Numbered from the stretch's first letter, positions 53,811-63,389 are shown. The stretch: DNA of 64,000 bases from an uncultured Nitrososphaerales archaeon (GCA_963706445.1 OY970160.1:1503438-1567437), one strand, 5' to 3'. Made by a program: numbers and translations. The notes: a model not told the origin generated them from the sequence alone.

Positions 53811-54015
53811 GCGGATCAAGTGCATCCTGCGTGTTCGAATCCTTACCCAAGTTAATCGTGCAAAGTGCATTAGGTTCTCCTCATCACTCTGTCCAACCCC
53901 ACCAAAATCGCTGGTTCCAACTCAATGAAACTATCGGCACATCTAATCGGGTTCTGACGATGCAGGTAAAGACTTAGAATATCGTTAAGAGAGACGCGTC
54001 TCTCAAACAGGTCCT

Positions 54016-54360
54016 ATGTCTACGAATGAGCAAGTGGTTCAGGCCCAGGTGGATTCATACAATGCAAGGAACCTCGAACGTTTCCTCAGTTTCTACTCAC
54101 CTGACATCGTGATTCTAGACGGGGAAGGAAATCAGATGACCAAAGGGCATGAGGACATGCGGCAACTCTATGCGGGGCTCTTCGACCAAAGTCCAGAACT
54201 TCACGCGGAGATAAAAAAGAGAATACTGTCGGGACAATATGTCATCGATGAAGAATACATTACTGGTTTCAATCTCAAAGGTTATCCTTCTGAACTAAGC
54301 GCGGCAGTAGTTTACCGGATTTCGGACGGAAAGATAGCACGCGTCCAGATGTTCTTCTAA
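54016..54360 (+). CDS. SnoaL/NTF2-like fold protein
   Basis: 114 aa. ..YNARNLERFLSFYSPDIVI..G...G...MRQLYAGLF.. is the typical SnoaL-like layout. Confidence 0.5.
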   Translation: MSTNEQVVQAQVDSYNARNLERFLSFYSPDIVILDGEGNQMTKGHEDMRQLYAGLFDQSPELHAEIKKRILSGQYVIDEEYITGFNLKGYPSELSAAVVYRISDGKIARVQMFF

Positions 54361-54475
54361 TCAGGCGAGTGTCACGGGAAGCCGATTTCTTGGCACTTCT
54401 GTGAGTTTGAGCCTGAATAACCTCCCTCAAACCATCGATAGAGTGGTCCCATCAGCATTTGAACCTACGTTTGTG

Positions 54476-54497
54476 GGCTCAAATCCGACCCGCGGCA
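54476..54497 (+). repeat. Exact 22-nt copy of the tRNA-Phe T-arm/acceptor 3' end
   Basis: GGCTCAAATCCGACCCGCGGCA is identical to 18979-19000. Upstream bases look like a degraded tRNA remnant (..CAGCATTTGAAC..). Confidence 0.55.
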
Positions 54498-54714
54498 CAT
54501 TTTGAACTACTCGTGCATGCCGTCGTGAAACCACTTCATGAGTGAGACCTCGTTTGTGTTCCCCACTTTGAATCGCGGGTCCGCTTTTACCTTATCTGTG
54601 AAGGCTGAGGTAACGGGGATTGGAAGGTATGAGATCAAAATGAGGTTCCATGATGTCACCCATAGTTGGTTCTACCTTTCTTCGGCAGCCTTTTGGAGAA
54701 ACTGAACGCACAAA

Positions 54715-55710
54715 TCAAGGGCCCTTGGAGAAATCGATGTCGTAGTGACACTCGATCCAATGATTCGGTTCTGTCTCGACCAGCGGAGGAAACTCGGACT
54801 GGCATTTCTGGGTCGCGAACTCGCACCTGTTCCGGAAGCGGCAGCCTGAGGGAATCGCGGTGGGGCTAGGTACATCTCCTTTCAGCACTTTGAGCTCCTT
54901 CCTCTTCGTAGGGTCCGGGATGGGGACCGTCGAGAGAAGCGCCTTGGTGTAGGGGTGCTTTGGATTTTCGAAGAGCATACCGGTGTCTGCGAACTCTACT
55001 ATTCTGCCCAAGTACATCACCGCCGTCCGGTCGCACATCTGTCGAATGACAGCCAGGTTGTGGGAGATGAACACATACGTCAGACCCAGCTCGCTCTGGA
55101 GCTTCTTCAACAGCCTCAGAATCTGAGCCTGGACGGAAACGTCGAGGGAGGAGGTGGGCTCGTCCAGCAGGATGAAGGTGGGCCTCACGGCAAGGGCCGC
55201 GGCTATGGCCACCCTCTGCCTCTGGCCGCCCGAGAACTCGTGTGGAAATCGTGCAAGGTGGTCCGGGTTCAGCCCGACTCGCTCGATCAGTTCGGTGGCG
55301 AAGCGGTTCGCTTCGTCTCTGGAGGAGACCACGTGGTGTAGGTTCATAGGTTCTGTCAAAGCCGATCTGATGCTCTGTCGTGGGTCCAGCGAGGCGTAGG
55401 GGTCCTGGAACACCATCTGCATCTTCCGCCTGAACGGCTTCAGGCGCCTGCCTCTAACGTTCGTGATCTCAGTCCCCTCGAAGAAAATCCGGCCCTCGGT
55501 CACGTCGGTCAGTCTCATCAGGGACCTCCCAAGCGTCGTCTTCCCGCACCCCGACTCTCCGACGAGACCGAAGGTCTCCCCCCTTCGGATGCCCAAGGAG
55601 ACGCCGTCGACTGCCTTCACCGGAGCTGAGCTTCGACCCAAGAATCCTCCTCTAACTGGGAACCATTTCATGACGTTTTGAGCGCTAATCAGATAATCGG
55701 TCTGGGTCAT
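54715..55710 (-). CDS. Oligopeptide ABC transporter ATP-binding protein (OppF/DppF-like)
   Basis: GESGCGKTT, FSGGQRQRVAIA, FILLDEPTSSLD, and the C-terminal Cys-rich oligopeptide-type tail. Confidence 0.9.
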   Translation of the reverse strand: MTQTDYLISAQNVMKWFPVRGGFLGRSSAPVKAVDGVSLGIRRGETFGLVGESGCGKTTLGRSLMRLTDVTEGRIFFEGTEITNVRGRRLKPFRRKMQMVFQDPYASLDPRQSIRSALTEPMNLHHVVSSRDEANRFATELIERVGLNPDHLARFPHEFSGGQRQRVAIAAALAVRPTFILLDEPTSSLDVSVQAQILRLLKKLQSELGLTYVFISHNLAVIRQMCDRTAVMYLGRIVEFADTGMLFENPKHPYTKALLSTVPIPDPTKRKELKVLKGDVPSPTAIPSGCRFRNRCEFATQKCQSEFPPLVETEPNHWIECHYDIDFSKGP

Positions 55711-56837
55711 GGGGAGCGCTCCTCGAAGAGCAGGCAGGAGACCAGATGGCCGGGATTCGCTTCAATAAGCTGCGGCTTCACCTGGGGGCATTTCTCGAAC
55801 GCCCGGGGGCACCTGGGGTGGAAGCGGCAGCCACTGGGCGGATAAATCAGGTCGGGGACCGATCCTTTGATTGCTGCTTCCTGCGGAGCCGAACTGACGT
55901 CGACCCTGGGGACAGAAGCAAGAAGGCCGATTGTGTAGGGGTGCAACGGGTTCCTGAACAGCTCCCTGACATCGGCGACCTCGACGACGTTGCCGGCGTA
56001 CATCACCGCGACCCTGTCGCAGAGCTCTGCCGCCACAGCCAGGTCGTGGGTGATGAGGAGGACGGAAACGTCGATTTCTTGCCTCAGCGCCCTTAGCAAC
56101 TGCAGGACCTGAGCCTGGACGGTGACGTCGAGGGCCGTGGTTATTTCGTCAGCCAGGATCAGCTTAGGCCTTCTGACGAGGGACATCGCGATAAGGACTC
56201 TTTGCCTCATGCCTCCCGAGAGCTCGAATGGGAACATCTTGAGGACCTTCACTGGTTCAGGGAGCCTCACCGACTCGAGGACAGAAACTGCGTAGACCTT
56301 TGCCAGGCGGTTGAACTCCTTCTTACCCAGGTTCCCTCTCTTGAGTGCGCCCTCCAGGTGGGACCTTTCGGAATCGAGGCCTGCCGAGACGTCCGTCCCT
56401 TCCCCGATCTGGCCAAGCCTGTGCTTGACAAGCTTCTCCGTAAAGAGCTCGGGCCGGGCGGATATGATTTCCGTGATCTGAGAGCCGATCGAGAGTACAG
56501 GGTTGAGGAACGTCATCGGATCCTGGAAGATGATGGCGACCTCTGTGAGCCGGGCCGTCTCGAGGTCCTTCTTTGACATCCCGAGGACCTCCTTTCCATT
56601 TAGAAGCACGCTCCCACCGAGTATCTTGGCGTTCTGGGGGAGCAGGCCCACGATGCTTAGCGCAGTCACAGATTTGCCACAGCCGCTCTCCCCCACAAGG
56701 CCCAACACTTCGCCCTTCCTCATCGTGAGTTCGACCCCGTCCAGGGCCTTCACCTGGCCAGCATAGGTGTTGAAGGATACTCTGAGGTTGGTGATCTTCA
56801 GTATCTCTTCGGCTGAGCTCTTTTGCATGGTGGTCAT
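55707..56837 (-). CDS. Oligopeptide ABC transporter ATP-binding protein (OppD/DppD-like)
   Basis: GESGCGKSV, LSGGMRQRVLIA, LILADEITTALD. Start set at ATG 56837, which forms an ATGA overlap with the permease stop. Confidence 0.9.
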   Translation of the reverse strand: MTTMQKSSAEEILKITNLRVSFNTYAGQVKALDGVELTMRKGEVLGLVGESGCGKSVTALSIVGLLPQNAKILGGSVLLNGKEVLGMSKKDLETARLTEVAIIFQDPMTFLNPVLSIGSQITEIISARPELFTEKLVKHRLGQIGEGTDVSAGLDSERSHLEGALKRGNLGKKEFNRLAKVYAVSVLESVRLPEPVKVLKMFPFELSGGMRQRVLIAMSLVRRPKLILADEITTALDVTVQAQVLQLLRALRQEIDVSVLLITHDLAVAAELCDRVAVMYAGNVVEVADVRELFRNPLHPYTIGLLASVPRVDVSSAPQEAAIKGSVPDLIYPPSGCRFHPRCPRAFEKCPQVKPQLIEANPGHLVSCLLFEERSP

Positions 56838-57769
56838 CTCCTCAACTTGGGGTCGAAGACGTCCCTTATCCCGTCCCCAAGGAGGTTGAAGCCGAGCGAA
56901 ATCAATAGGATCGTGAGACCGGGGAAGAGGATCAACCATGGAGCTGTGAAGATGTTAGCTATGCCTTGGCTTGCCAAGTTCCCGAGCTCCGGCAGGAGCG
57001 GGTTCGGGGTGAGCCCGATGAATGTGAGCGCGGAGACTGTCAGGATGACCGAGCCGACGTCAAGGGTGGCCTGGACAAGTATCGGGTAGATCGCGTTCCG
57101 CACTATGTGCAGGTAGAGGATCCTTGGACCCCCCGCACCCATGGCGCGGAGCCTCTCGACGTAGGGCTTCTCCTTCTCCGAAAGGATTTGCGACCGCATG
57201 AGCCTCACATAGTACGGCCACCACGTGATCAATATTGCCAGGGTCAGCGTGGGTAACGACCTCCCGAGGACGACGATCAGGACGATCGCGAGCAGGATCC
57301 CCGGAATCGCGAGGAAGACATCGGTGATCCTGAGTATGACCTCGTCCACGAACCCTCCGGCATAACCGGCAAGCCCCCCGAAGACGACCCCGATCACAAT
57401 GGCCGACGCGACGACTTCGAACGCGATCTGCATGTCTATGGGTATTGCCAGGATTATCATCTGCAGGAGGTTTCTCCCGTAGGCGTCAGTCCCGAGGGGC
57501 AACTGGGAGGGACAGGTCTTCACATTGGCGATGTTCCAGTTTATGATCGGGTTGTTCCAGCAGAGGCGAAGCGCAAGCGGCTGCTGATTGGCCAGATTCG
57601 GATCCACAAGCAGGTGGGAAAGCAAGACGAGAAGGATTGTGGCTGCGGAAAGGAACAGCCCGACGAGAACTAAACGATTGCCTTTCAGCAGGTGAAGGGC
57701 GTAGCGCAGGTCGGCCTCCCGGCCGGTCGCGTCGCGGCGTCCGCCGTCTGAACTCTCTGAGCGGCTCAT
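56834..57769 (-). CDS. Peptide ABC transporter permease (OppC/DppC-like)
   Basis: Polytopic protein ending ..GDGIRDVFDPKLRR. Confidence 0.85.
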   Translation of the reverse strand: MSRSESSDGGRRDATGREADLRYALHLLKGNRLVLVGLFLSAATILLVLLSHLLVDPNLANQQPLALRLCWNNPIINWNIANVKTCPSQLPLGTDAYGRNLLQMIILAIPIDMQIAFEVVASAIVIGVVFGGLAGYAGGFVDEVILRITDVFLAIPGILLAIVLIVVLGRSLPTLTLAILITWWPYYVRLMRSQILSEKEKPYVERLRAMGAGGPRILYLHIVRNAIYPILVQATLDVGSVILTVSALTFIGLTPNPLLPELGNLASQGIANIFTAPWLILFPGLTILLISLGFNLLGDGIRDVFDPKLRR

Positions 57770-57770
57770 C

Positions 57771-58889
57771 TCAATACTTGATCCTCGGATCGAGAAATGC
57801 GTAGGCTATGTCGACCAACAGGTTCGTAACGACGATGATCACTGCGGTGACCAGCACGTAGAGCTCGAGGAAGTTCACGTCTAGGACGTTGGCGGCGGCG
57901 AGGGACGCGTTTCCGACCCCGGGCCATGAGAAGACGATTTCCACGACGACCACCCCGCCCAGGAGGTAGGAGACGAGCAGGCCCGAAACGGTGACCGCCG
58001 GGAGGAGAGCGTTCCGGAGAGCGTGTTTGTAGATTACGACCCGCTCTTTGAGTCCCTTGGACCTAGCGAGTGTGATGTAGTCCTGCTTAAGGACGTCTAC
58101 CATGCTCGAACGCACGATCCTGGTAATGGCGCCAATCGATGTTATGGCCAGGGTCAGCGCTGGAAGGGCGAGAGCCACCAATGAGTCCCAGAGGTAAGGG
58201 AAGTTCAGAGATAGGAGTCCGTCGAAGACTGGCGCCCCCGTGAAGGCAGTGACAGTCCCCGGGCTGGCGAAGCAGATGCCGCAGGTAGTCGCCACGGCGC
58301 TGTTCGTCGCCAGAAGCCCTAGGCCGTTGACCCGGATGTAAAGCACAAAGATGATCTGCAAGACAGCCCCGAACCAGAACTGAGGGACGGAGTAGCCCCC
58401 GAGGGAGACGATCCTCGACAGATGGTCCGGCCACTTGTTGCTGTGGGTTGCTGAGATTATTCCGAGTGGGACTCCAAGTAGGATTGTAAGTATCGCGGCC
58501 GCGAGGGCCAGCTCCACGGTGAACGGAAACCTGCCGAAGAAGGCGTTCCAGGTCGTCGTGAGTGGAGCCACGCCCGGGAGGAGCGAATACCCCCAGTTAC
58601 CCGTCAGGGCGTTTTGGAGCCAGGTCAAGTACTGTCCCCAGACAGGGACGACGCAACCGCTTTGCAGTTGCGTGAAGGCCTGGTATGAGGGGCAGTTCGC
58701 TGTCGCGACACCGAGGGCCCGGGCCACCGAGAGCTTGGCGTTGTCGTCCATCCTGGGAGTGATGTAGGCCGCGAGGGCGGAGGTGGGGGGGAGAAGGCCG
58801 CGCGTGAGATAGAAGATTAACAGGCTCAGTGCGAAGAGGACGAAGATCATCAGCAAGAGTCTACGCAGGATGTACTCGTAGAGCCTCAA
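57771..58889 (-). CDS. Peptide ABC transporter permease (OppB/DppB-like)
   Basis: Polytopic protein ending ..NLLVDIAYAFLDPRIKY. Confidence 0.85.
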   Translation of the reverse strand: MRLYEYILRRLLLMIFVLFALSLLIFYLTRGLLPPTSALAAYITPRMDDNAKLSVARALGVATANCPSYQAFTQLQSGCVVPVWGQYLTWLQNALTGNWGYSLLPGVAPLTTTWNAFFGRFPFTVELALAAAILTILLGVPLGIISATHSNKWPDHLSRIVSLGGYSVPQFWFGAVLQIIFVLYIRVNGLGLLATNSAVATTCGICFASPGTVTAFTGAPVFDGLLSLNFPYLWDSLVALALPALTLAITSIGAITRIVRSSMVDVLKQDYITLARSKGLKERVVIYKHALRNALLPAVTVSGLLVSYLLGGVVVVEIVFSWPGVGNASLAAANVLDVNFLELYVLVTAVIIVVTNLLVDIAYAFLDPRIKY

Positions 58890-58996
58890 GCGAGCTGCTT
58901 CCTAGGTGCTTTCATATTTGAGGGTTCGAACGTGTCACAGTTGTGCTGAAGGTTGCAGAGAGTCGTCCCTTTCAGACCCTGCACCCTGTCAGAAGA

Positions 58997-61201
58997 TCAG
59001 GAGAGCGCGGCGAAGTACTGTGGCTCTCCGGTGGTGTAGATGGCCGGGTTGAAGTAGAACCCCTGGACGTTGGACGTCATCACCATATAGATGTCCGGAT
59101 AGAATGTCCAGATGTCCATTACTTTCTTGTTCGCGAGGGCCATCATCTGGTTGGTCGCCGAGACCACGCCGGCGTTGTTGCCAGAGGCACTTGCCGCCTG
59201 AGCTGCAGCCCAGAACGTGGCCATCTCTCCCAGGTTCCAGCCGCCTGGGCTCGTGTAGATCCCTCCCGGAGAGAGGATGGGGCCGAGGAAGTCGAGGGCC
59301 CATGGGTAGTCGTCGAACCAGCCGAAGCAGGCCTCTGCCCAGCCGTAGACCTGGCCAGAGAAGGCTTCGGTGGTCATCTGGCCGCATGGGAGCGGGGTCA
59401 GGTTGACAGTCAGTCCCATGTTGTAGGTGGAGCTTACGTTATTGATTGTCTGTGCAACCTGGCCTAGGATGGCTTGATCGACAGTGTCCCCCGTGGCGTA
59501 GACGAGAGAGAAGGACTGCGGCGTCGGATGGGCGCACTGCCCGCTGCTGTCCAGCTGAGAGCACCCGAAGGTGTTATCGAAAAGACCGCTTGGAGCGGCG
59601 GTCCCATTCTCAAGGTTGAAGGAGGTGAGTGGGTTCTCCATCGCGCTAAGAAGGAGATTCTGAACCGTGCCGGGGCTGTAGCTGTAGCCTGGCGCGAGCG
59701 ATTGGTTGTATGAGCCGGTGGGAGGTATGCCCGGAGGCTCTACTTCATTGGCGACCTGGCCAAGGTTGTTGTTGACCTGAGCGTCGACCAAAGCAAGGTC
59801 GACCGAGTCCGCCACTGCCTGTCTGAAACGCAGGTCAGCGAAGGGCTGGAATGAGTAGAAGGTCCCGGTGAATGGGTTCGTCACGTTCGTGTCCAGGGGA
59901 ATGAAGTAGGTCGCGTACTGGCTGTACGGGCCGTAGATCGTTACTCCGCTCAGCGTCGACTGCAGCTTGCTCTGGTCCAGCCAAGCTGTTCTGTTGGCCA
60001 CGTCGTAGATGTTGGTGGAGGCGACGTCGATCACCATAGCCTGGTGGGAGGCTGCTGCGTTCTGTAGGTCTATTTCTCGAGTCGTCTGGTCAGGGACGTA
60101 CTTGTAGATCACAGTAGGGATCTGGGCGTGGATAGAATTGGTCGGTCCTCCCCAGTAGTTGGGATTCGACTGAAGTGTGATGACGTTCGAAGCTGTGTCA
60201 ACGCTCTGGATGGTGTACGGGCCGGTGCCGGCCAACGAGCCGCCCGTGGACGAATCGAGGTAGGTCGCGGCGCACCCCTTGGGGGTCGCACCTGCGTTGC
60301 AGGTGGCGGAATAATCGTCAAAGTACTGGTCCATCTTCTGAGTCAGGTTCCCGCTGAGCGTGGGGTACGGTAGGGTGTAGCCCAGACCGGACTGGCTCCA
60401 GAGCGCAAGGTCGTGCTGCATGACGAAGTCAGGCGCTACGATGTTGGCCCACAGGTTGCCGAGCAGGTAGGGGAGAGCCCCGTTGGGGTTCATTATGTTC
60501 AGCTGAACGGAGAGCGGGCCTGTCATCTGCACAAAATTCTCATTGAGCACCTTCTGCACGTAGGAGTTGCCGTAGGTCTGCGTGCACGAGCAGAGCGTGG
60601 TGCTTAGGCTCGTGTCCAGGAGCTGCTGCAAGATCCACGAAGCCTGGGTGCCGTGTCCGAGGGGTGCACTCCCGTCCATCACAAGAAGCCTGTTGTAGGT
60701 GAAGTAAATGTCAGAAGAGTTGAGCGACTCTCCGTCGGCGAATTTGATGCCGTTCCTCAGCGTGGCAGTGAAGGTCGAGCCGCCGTTCGAGATTGTGTAG
60801 CTGCTGGCGAGCCATGGGATCACGTTGACCCCGTTTGAGCCGTTGAACCAGAGCAGGGGCTCGTAGATGTTCTGCTCCACCGACGCGCCGTAGATGTCGT
60901 AGGAGACCTGGGGGTCGAGGAACTGTATTGTTGAGAGGGTCTCGTAGGTTATCGACGTGGGCACTGTCCCGGTGGGGGTCGTGGACTCGGTGGTGACCGT
61001 GGAGCTTGTGGACTGGGTCTGTGAGGTGGATGAGGTAGAGGAGGTGGATGAAGTGGAGGACGTGGAAGTGCTGGAGGCAGGCGAGCTGGTGCTGGTGAGG
61101 AAGTAGGCTCCAACTCCACTGATGACAAGTAGCACTAAAATGACAACGGCAATGACGGCACGGGATACGGCCCTGCGGGTGGTAGTCCGGAAAACCTGCA
61201 A
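58997..61201 (-). CDS. Peptide ABC transporter substrate-binding protein (family 5) with N-terminal TM anchor and Ser/Thr-rich linker
   Basis: 734 aa. TM helix, then an (STS)n linker at about 60965-61096, then a family-5 SBP-like body. First gene of the opp-like operon. Confidence 0.85.
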   Translation of the reverse strand: MQVFRTTTRRAVSRAVIAVVILVLLVISGVGAYFLTSTSSPASSTSTSSTSSTSSTSSTSQTQSTSSTVTTESTTPTGTVPTSITYETLSTIQFLDPQVSYDIYGASVEQNIYEPLLWFNGSNGVNVIPWLASSYTISNGGSTFTATLRNGIKFADGESLNSSDIYFTYNRLLVMDGSAPLGHGTQASWILQQLLDTSLSTTLCSCTQTYGNSYVQKVLNENFVQMTGPLSVQLNIMNPNGALPYLLGNLWANIVAPDFVMQHDLALWSQSGLGYTLPYPTLSGNLTQKMDQYFDDYSATCNAGATPKGCAATYLDSSTGGSLAGTGPYTIQSVDTASNVITLQSNPNYWGGPTNSIHAQIPTVIYKYVPDQTTREIDLQNAAASHQAMVIDVASTNIYDVANRTAWLDQSKLQSTLSGVTIYGPYSQYATYFIPLDTNVTNPFTGTFYSFQPFADLRFRQAVADSVDLALVDAQVNNNLGQVANEVEPPGIPPTGSYNQSLAPGYSYSPGTVQNLLLSAMENPLTSFNLENGTAAPSGLFDNTFGCSQLDSSGQCAHPTPQSFSLVYATGDTVDQAILGQVAQTINNVSSTYNMGLTVNLTPLPCGQMTTEAFSGQVYGWAEACFGWFDDYPWALDFLGPILSPGGIYTSPGGWNLGEMATFWAAAQAASASGNNAGVVSATNQMMALANKKVMDIWTFYPDIYMVMTSNVQGFYFNPAIYTTGEPQYFAALS

Positions 61202-61621
61202 CTTGTAGGCACAATTAGGGTGCTTTGGTGATTTAAGTCTATTCTTGCAAAGCTCTAAGGAGCATTCCGGAGTCGATGCACTGTCCGAAGAGATTGAATC
61301 TTCTCACGGTTTTAGAGGGGCGGTCAGAATACTAGCTCACGGTGACTACGCCCTTTCGACTCCTCTGGTGCCGCAGACCTCACAGCGCCACGCCTGCCTC
61401 TCGGAATGCACGTACCCCTCGAGCCCGCCGGGTTCCGACGTCCACTGCTTGAACCTCTCCGGGTGGGGGCACCTCTTGGGATCTGCCTTAAGCGTCTGTA
61501 TGAAGTAGGCCTGCCAGGATTTCAGATCCCGTTCCTCCTCGGGGGGAACAGAGGACACAGGACATAATGGCCCTTCTTGTTTCTTAAGCCTTCAATCGCG
61601 TCGGCGCAGTGAGATTCCCAA

Positions 61622-61852
61622 TCAGGATACTACGTTGAGGGTGAGCGTAGACTGCAGGTACTTCAGGGTGCGAATCTTTGAGAAGAGGATGTACTTGAGC
61701 TCCTCCTCCGACTCGGCTTCGACCACTGCCACCACATCGTAGACGCCGAAGACCTGATAGACCCCGACCACGCCTTCCACTTTCTTGAGCTCTGACTGTA
61801 GTACATCCTCAGTGCCCAGCTTGGTGCTGATCAGGACGAACGCCTTTTTCAT
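61622..61852 (-). CDS. Stand-alone Lrp/AsnC ligand-binding (RAM) domain protein
   Basis: 76 aa with beta-alpha-beta-beta-alpha-beta layout: ..KAFVLISTKLG.....L..V.GV.GVYQVFGVYDVV..VE. Confidence 0.6.
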   Translation of the reverse strand: MKKAFVLISTKLGTEDVLQSELKKVEGVVGVYQVFGVYDVVAVVEAESEEELKYILFSKIRTLKYLQSTLTLNVVS

Positions 61853-61968
61853 CAGTGTCGTTTCACGTTCAGGTTGCGTAAGTACTTTCCCGCCAGCGTG
61901 GTCTGATTCCGATGGAAAAAGCGGTGGAGGAGGAAACCAAAAGGTCCCTCCCCTCAGAGCGGAGACGA

Positions 61969-62355
61969 CTACATCGGCATGGAGCTCTGGAAGAGACCCA
62001 TGAGGTTCCCCTCAGGATCCCAGAAGTAGGCAGAGTATCCCATGTTAGGGATCGCCTGCTTCGCCCCCATGGACTTGCCGCCGTGGCTCTCGATTTCCTT
62101 CAGAGCCGAGTCGATGTCTGGGACGGTTATGGTGACCACGGGACCGGTGAACGGTTCCTTGCGTTCCATCATCCCTCCGTTAATCGACGCGACTTCGGTG
62201 ACCATGCCGTCCTTGTCTGTGACGGCGCCTCCCAGCATGGTGTAGTTCATCTCGGGCATTTCGTTGATGTGCCATTCGAACACGTCCTTGTAGAAAGATT
62301 GGGCGCGTTTGACGTCCTTGGCTGGCAGCTCGAAGTGGTTGACCTTACCCTTCAA
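61969..62355 (-). CDS. VOC (glyoxalase/bleomycin-resistance) family protein
   Basis: ..HFELPAKDVKRAQSFYKDVFEW.. and ..FWDPEGNLMGLFQ. Confidence 0.7.
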   Translation of the reverse strand: MKGKVNHFELPAKDVKRAQSFYKDVFEWHINEMPEMNYTMLGGAVTDKDGMVTEVASINGGMMERKEPFTGPVVTITVPDIDSALKEIESHGGKSMGAKQAIPNMGYSAYFWDPEGNLMGLFQSSMPM

Positions 62356-62786
62356 GTTTCTCGCAGACCTTTAGTGCTGTTTCCCAAATAAATGTTGCCG
62401 ATGGAAAGTATGTCGGAACCGAATTGCCATCTCAGGCGTGACCAACCTGCCGTTCATGCGCTGTCGGCGACCATTACCCTGTGGAACGCGGACCCGCACT
62501 GATCACCGGTGGCGAGGTCTGAATCGTAAATTGTCTCGCGGCCCGTCCGCAGGAAGCAGTCCCAGCACATCTTGATGGACATCGTTATCGACTGAAGCGA
62601 GACCATGTCTCTTCTTTTAGGGACTGTGGAGCCCTCATTCAGATTTCGACTCGCAGCTAGGAGGCAATCGAATCTTACCATCGAGTGAATACGCAAAGCG
62701 AGCGACAGGTTGTCAACTTCTGCTATCATGATAGCCGAACAAAGGCGACCTTCCCTATGATATCACGCGCAAGAGCCTCACGGGTC

Positions 62787-62930
62787 ATGACCAGTGCCTT
62801 CTGCGTGAAGGAGAAGAAGACGAGGGAGATCGCCTCTCCGAAGACGGTCACCTTCAAGAACGGGCGCCATGCCATCAAGGGCAGGTGCGCTACGTGTGGG
62901 ACTACCCTGTTCAGGATAACAGGGAAGTAG
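62787..62930 (+). CDS. DUF5679-like small zinc-ribbon protein
   Basis: MTSAFCVKEKKTREI..PKTVTFKNGRHAIKGRCATCGTTLFRITGK fits the family pattern. Start set at ATG 62787. Confidence 0.5.
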   Translation: MTSAFCVKEKKTREIASPKTVTFKNGRHAIKGRCATCGTTLFRITGK

Positions 62931-63300
62931 TCAAGCTTCTCCTCGGGCGGGCGTGGGATGTTATGCCTAGGGGAAATGCTGGAGAGCAGCACGACCGAGA
63001 CAGGGACTACATTAAGTGACGTAAGACCGCGCTGAGACTCGATCGATTCAACCTCTGGTTTCATCCTTCATTCTGCATAAATCCGACGGACGAGTTTCGG
63101 AGATCATATGCAGGCCGCAGTACACCGCAAGGAAGTCAAAGACGCCATCGAAAGCCAAGAGTGTTTTGAAGATCGACTCTACAGAGGCATGATGAGCTTC
63201 CTTCTTGTCCCTGCCGAGTCCTAGTTCCTCGGGGGCGCGTAGGATGACATGGCTAGAGGAAGTGCCTGAGATAGCAAGTGCTGTAAGTGCTCCCGTAAGC

Positions 63301-63389
63301 GCCGTAGTAACTCATCCTGGGAGATCCTTGGACCTTAGAGCATCCGCCTGAAGACCGGAGTGTTGTCGGCTCAAATCCGACCCGCGGTA
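63301..63389 (+). tRNA. Second tRNA-Phe(GAA)-like sequence, degenerate (probable pseudo-tRNA or att relic) with a 15-nt insertion at the same D-loop position
   Basis: GCCGTAG-TA-ACTC-ATCCTGGGA-[GATCCTTGGACCTTA]-GAGC-A-TCCGC-CTGAAGA-CCGGA-GTGTT-GTCGG-CTCAAAT-CCGAC-CCGCGGT-A. Mismatches at 6:67 (A.C), 10:25 (A.C) and 31:39 (C.C). 23 nt (63365-63387) are identical to 18976-18998. Confidence 0.45.

Noticed and set aside
53831-53842. GTGTTCGAATCC, a T-loop-like sequence suggesting another tRNA fragment
   Set aside because: The flanking bases cannot form a T stem (no complement to GCGTG), and no acceptor-like sequence follows.
36511-54497. Calling the segment between att copies 36510 and 54476 a bona fide mobile element
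   Set aside because: It has no integrase, transposase or conjugation genes. Its content is ordinary transport, redox and regulator genes, and its composition looks like the flanks. It is kept only as part of the serial-integration hypothesis and is not annotated as a mobile element.
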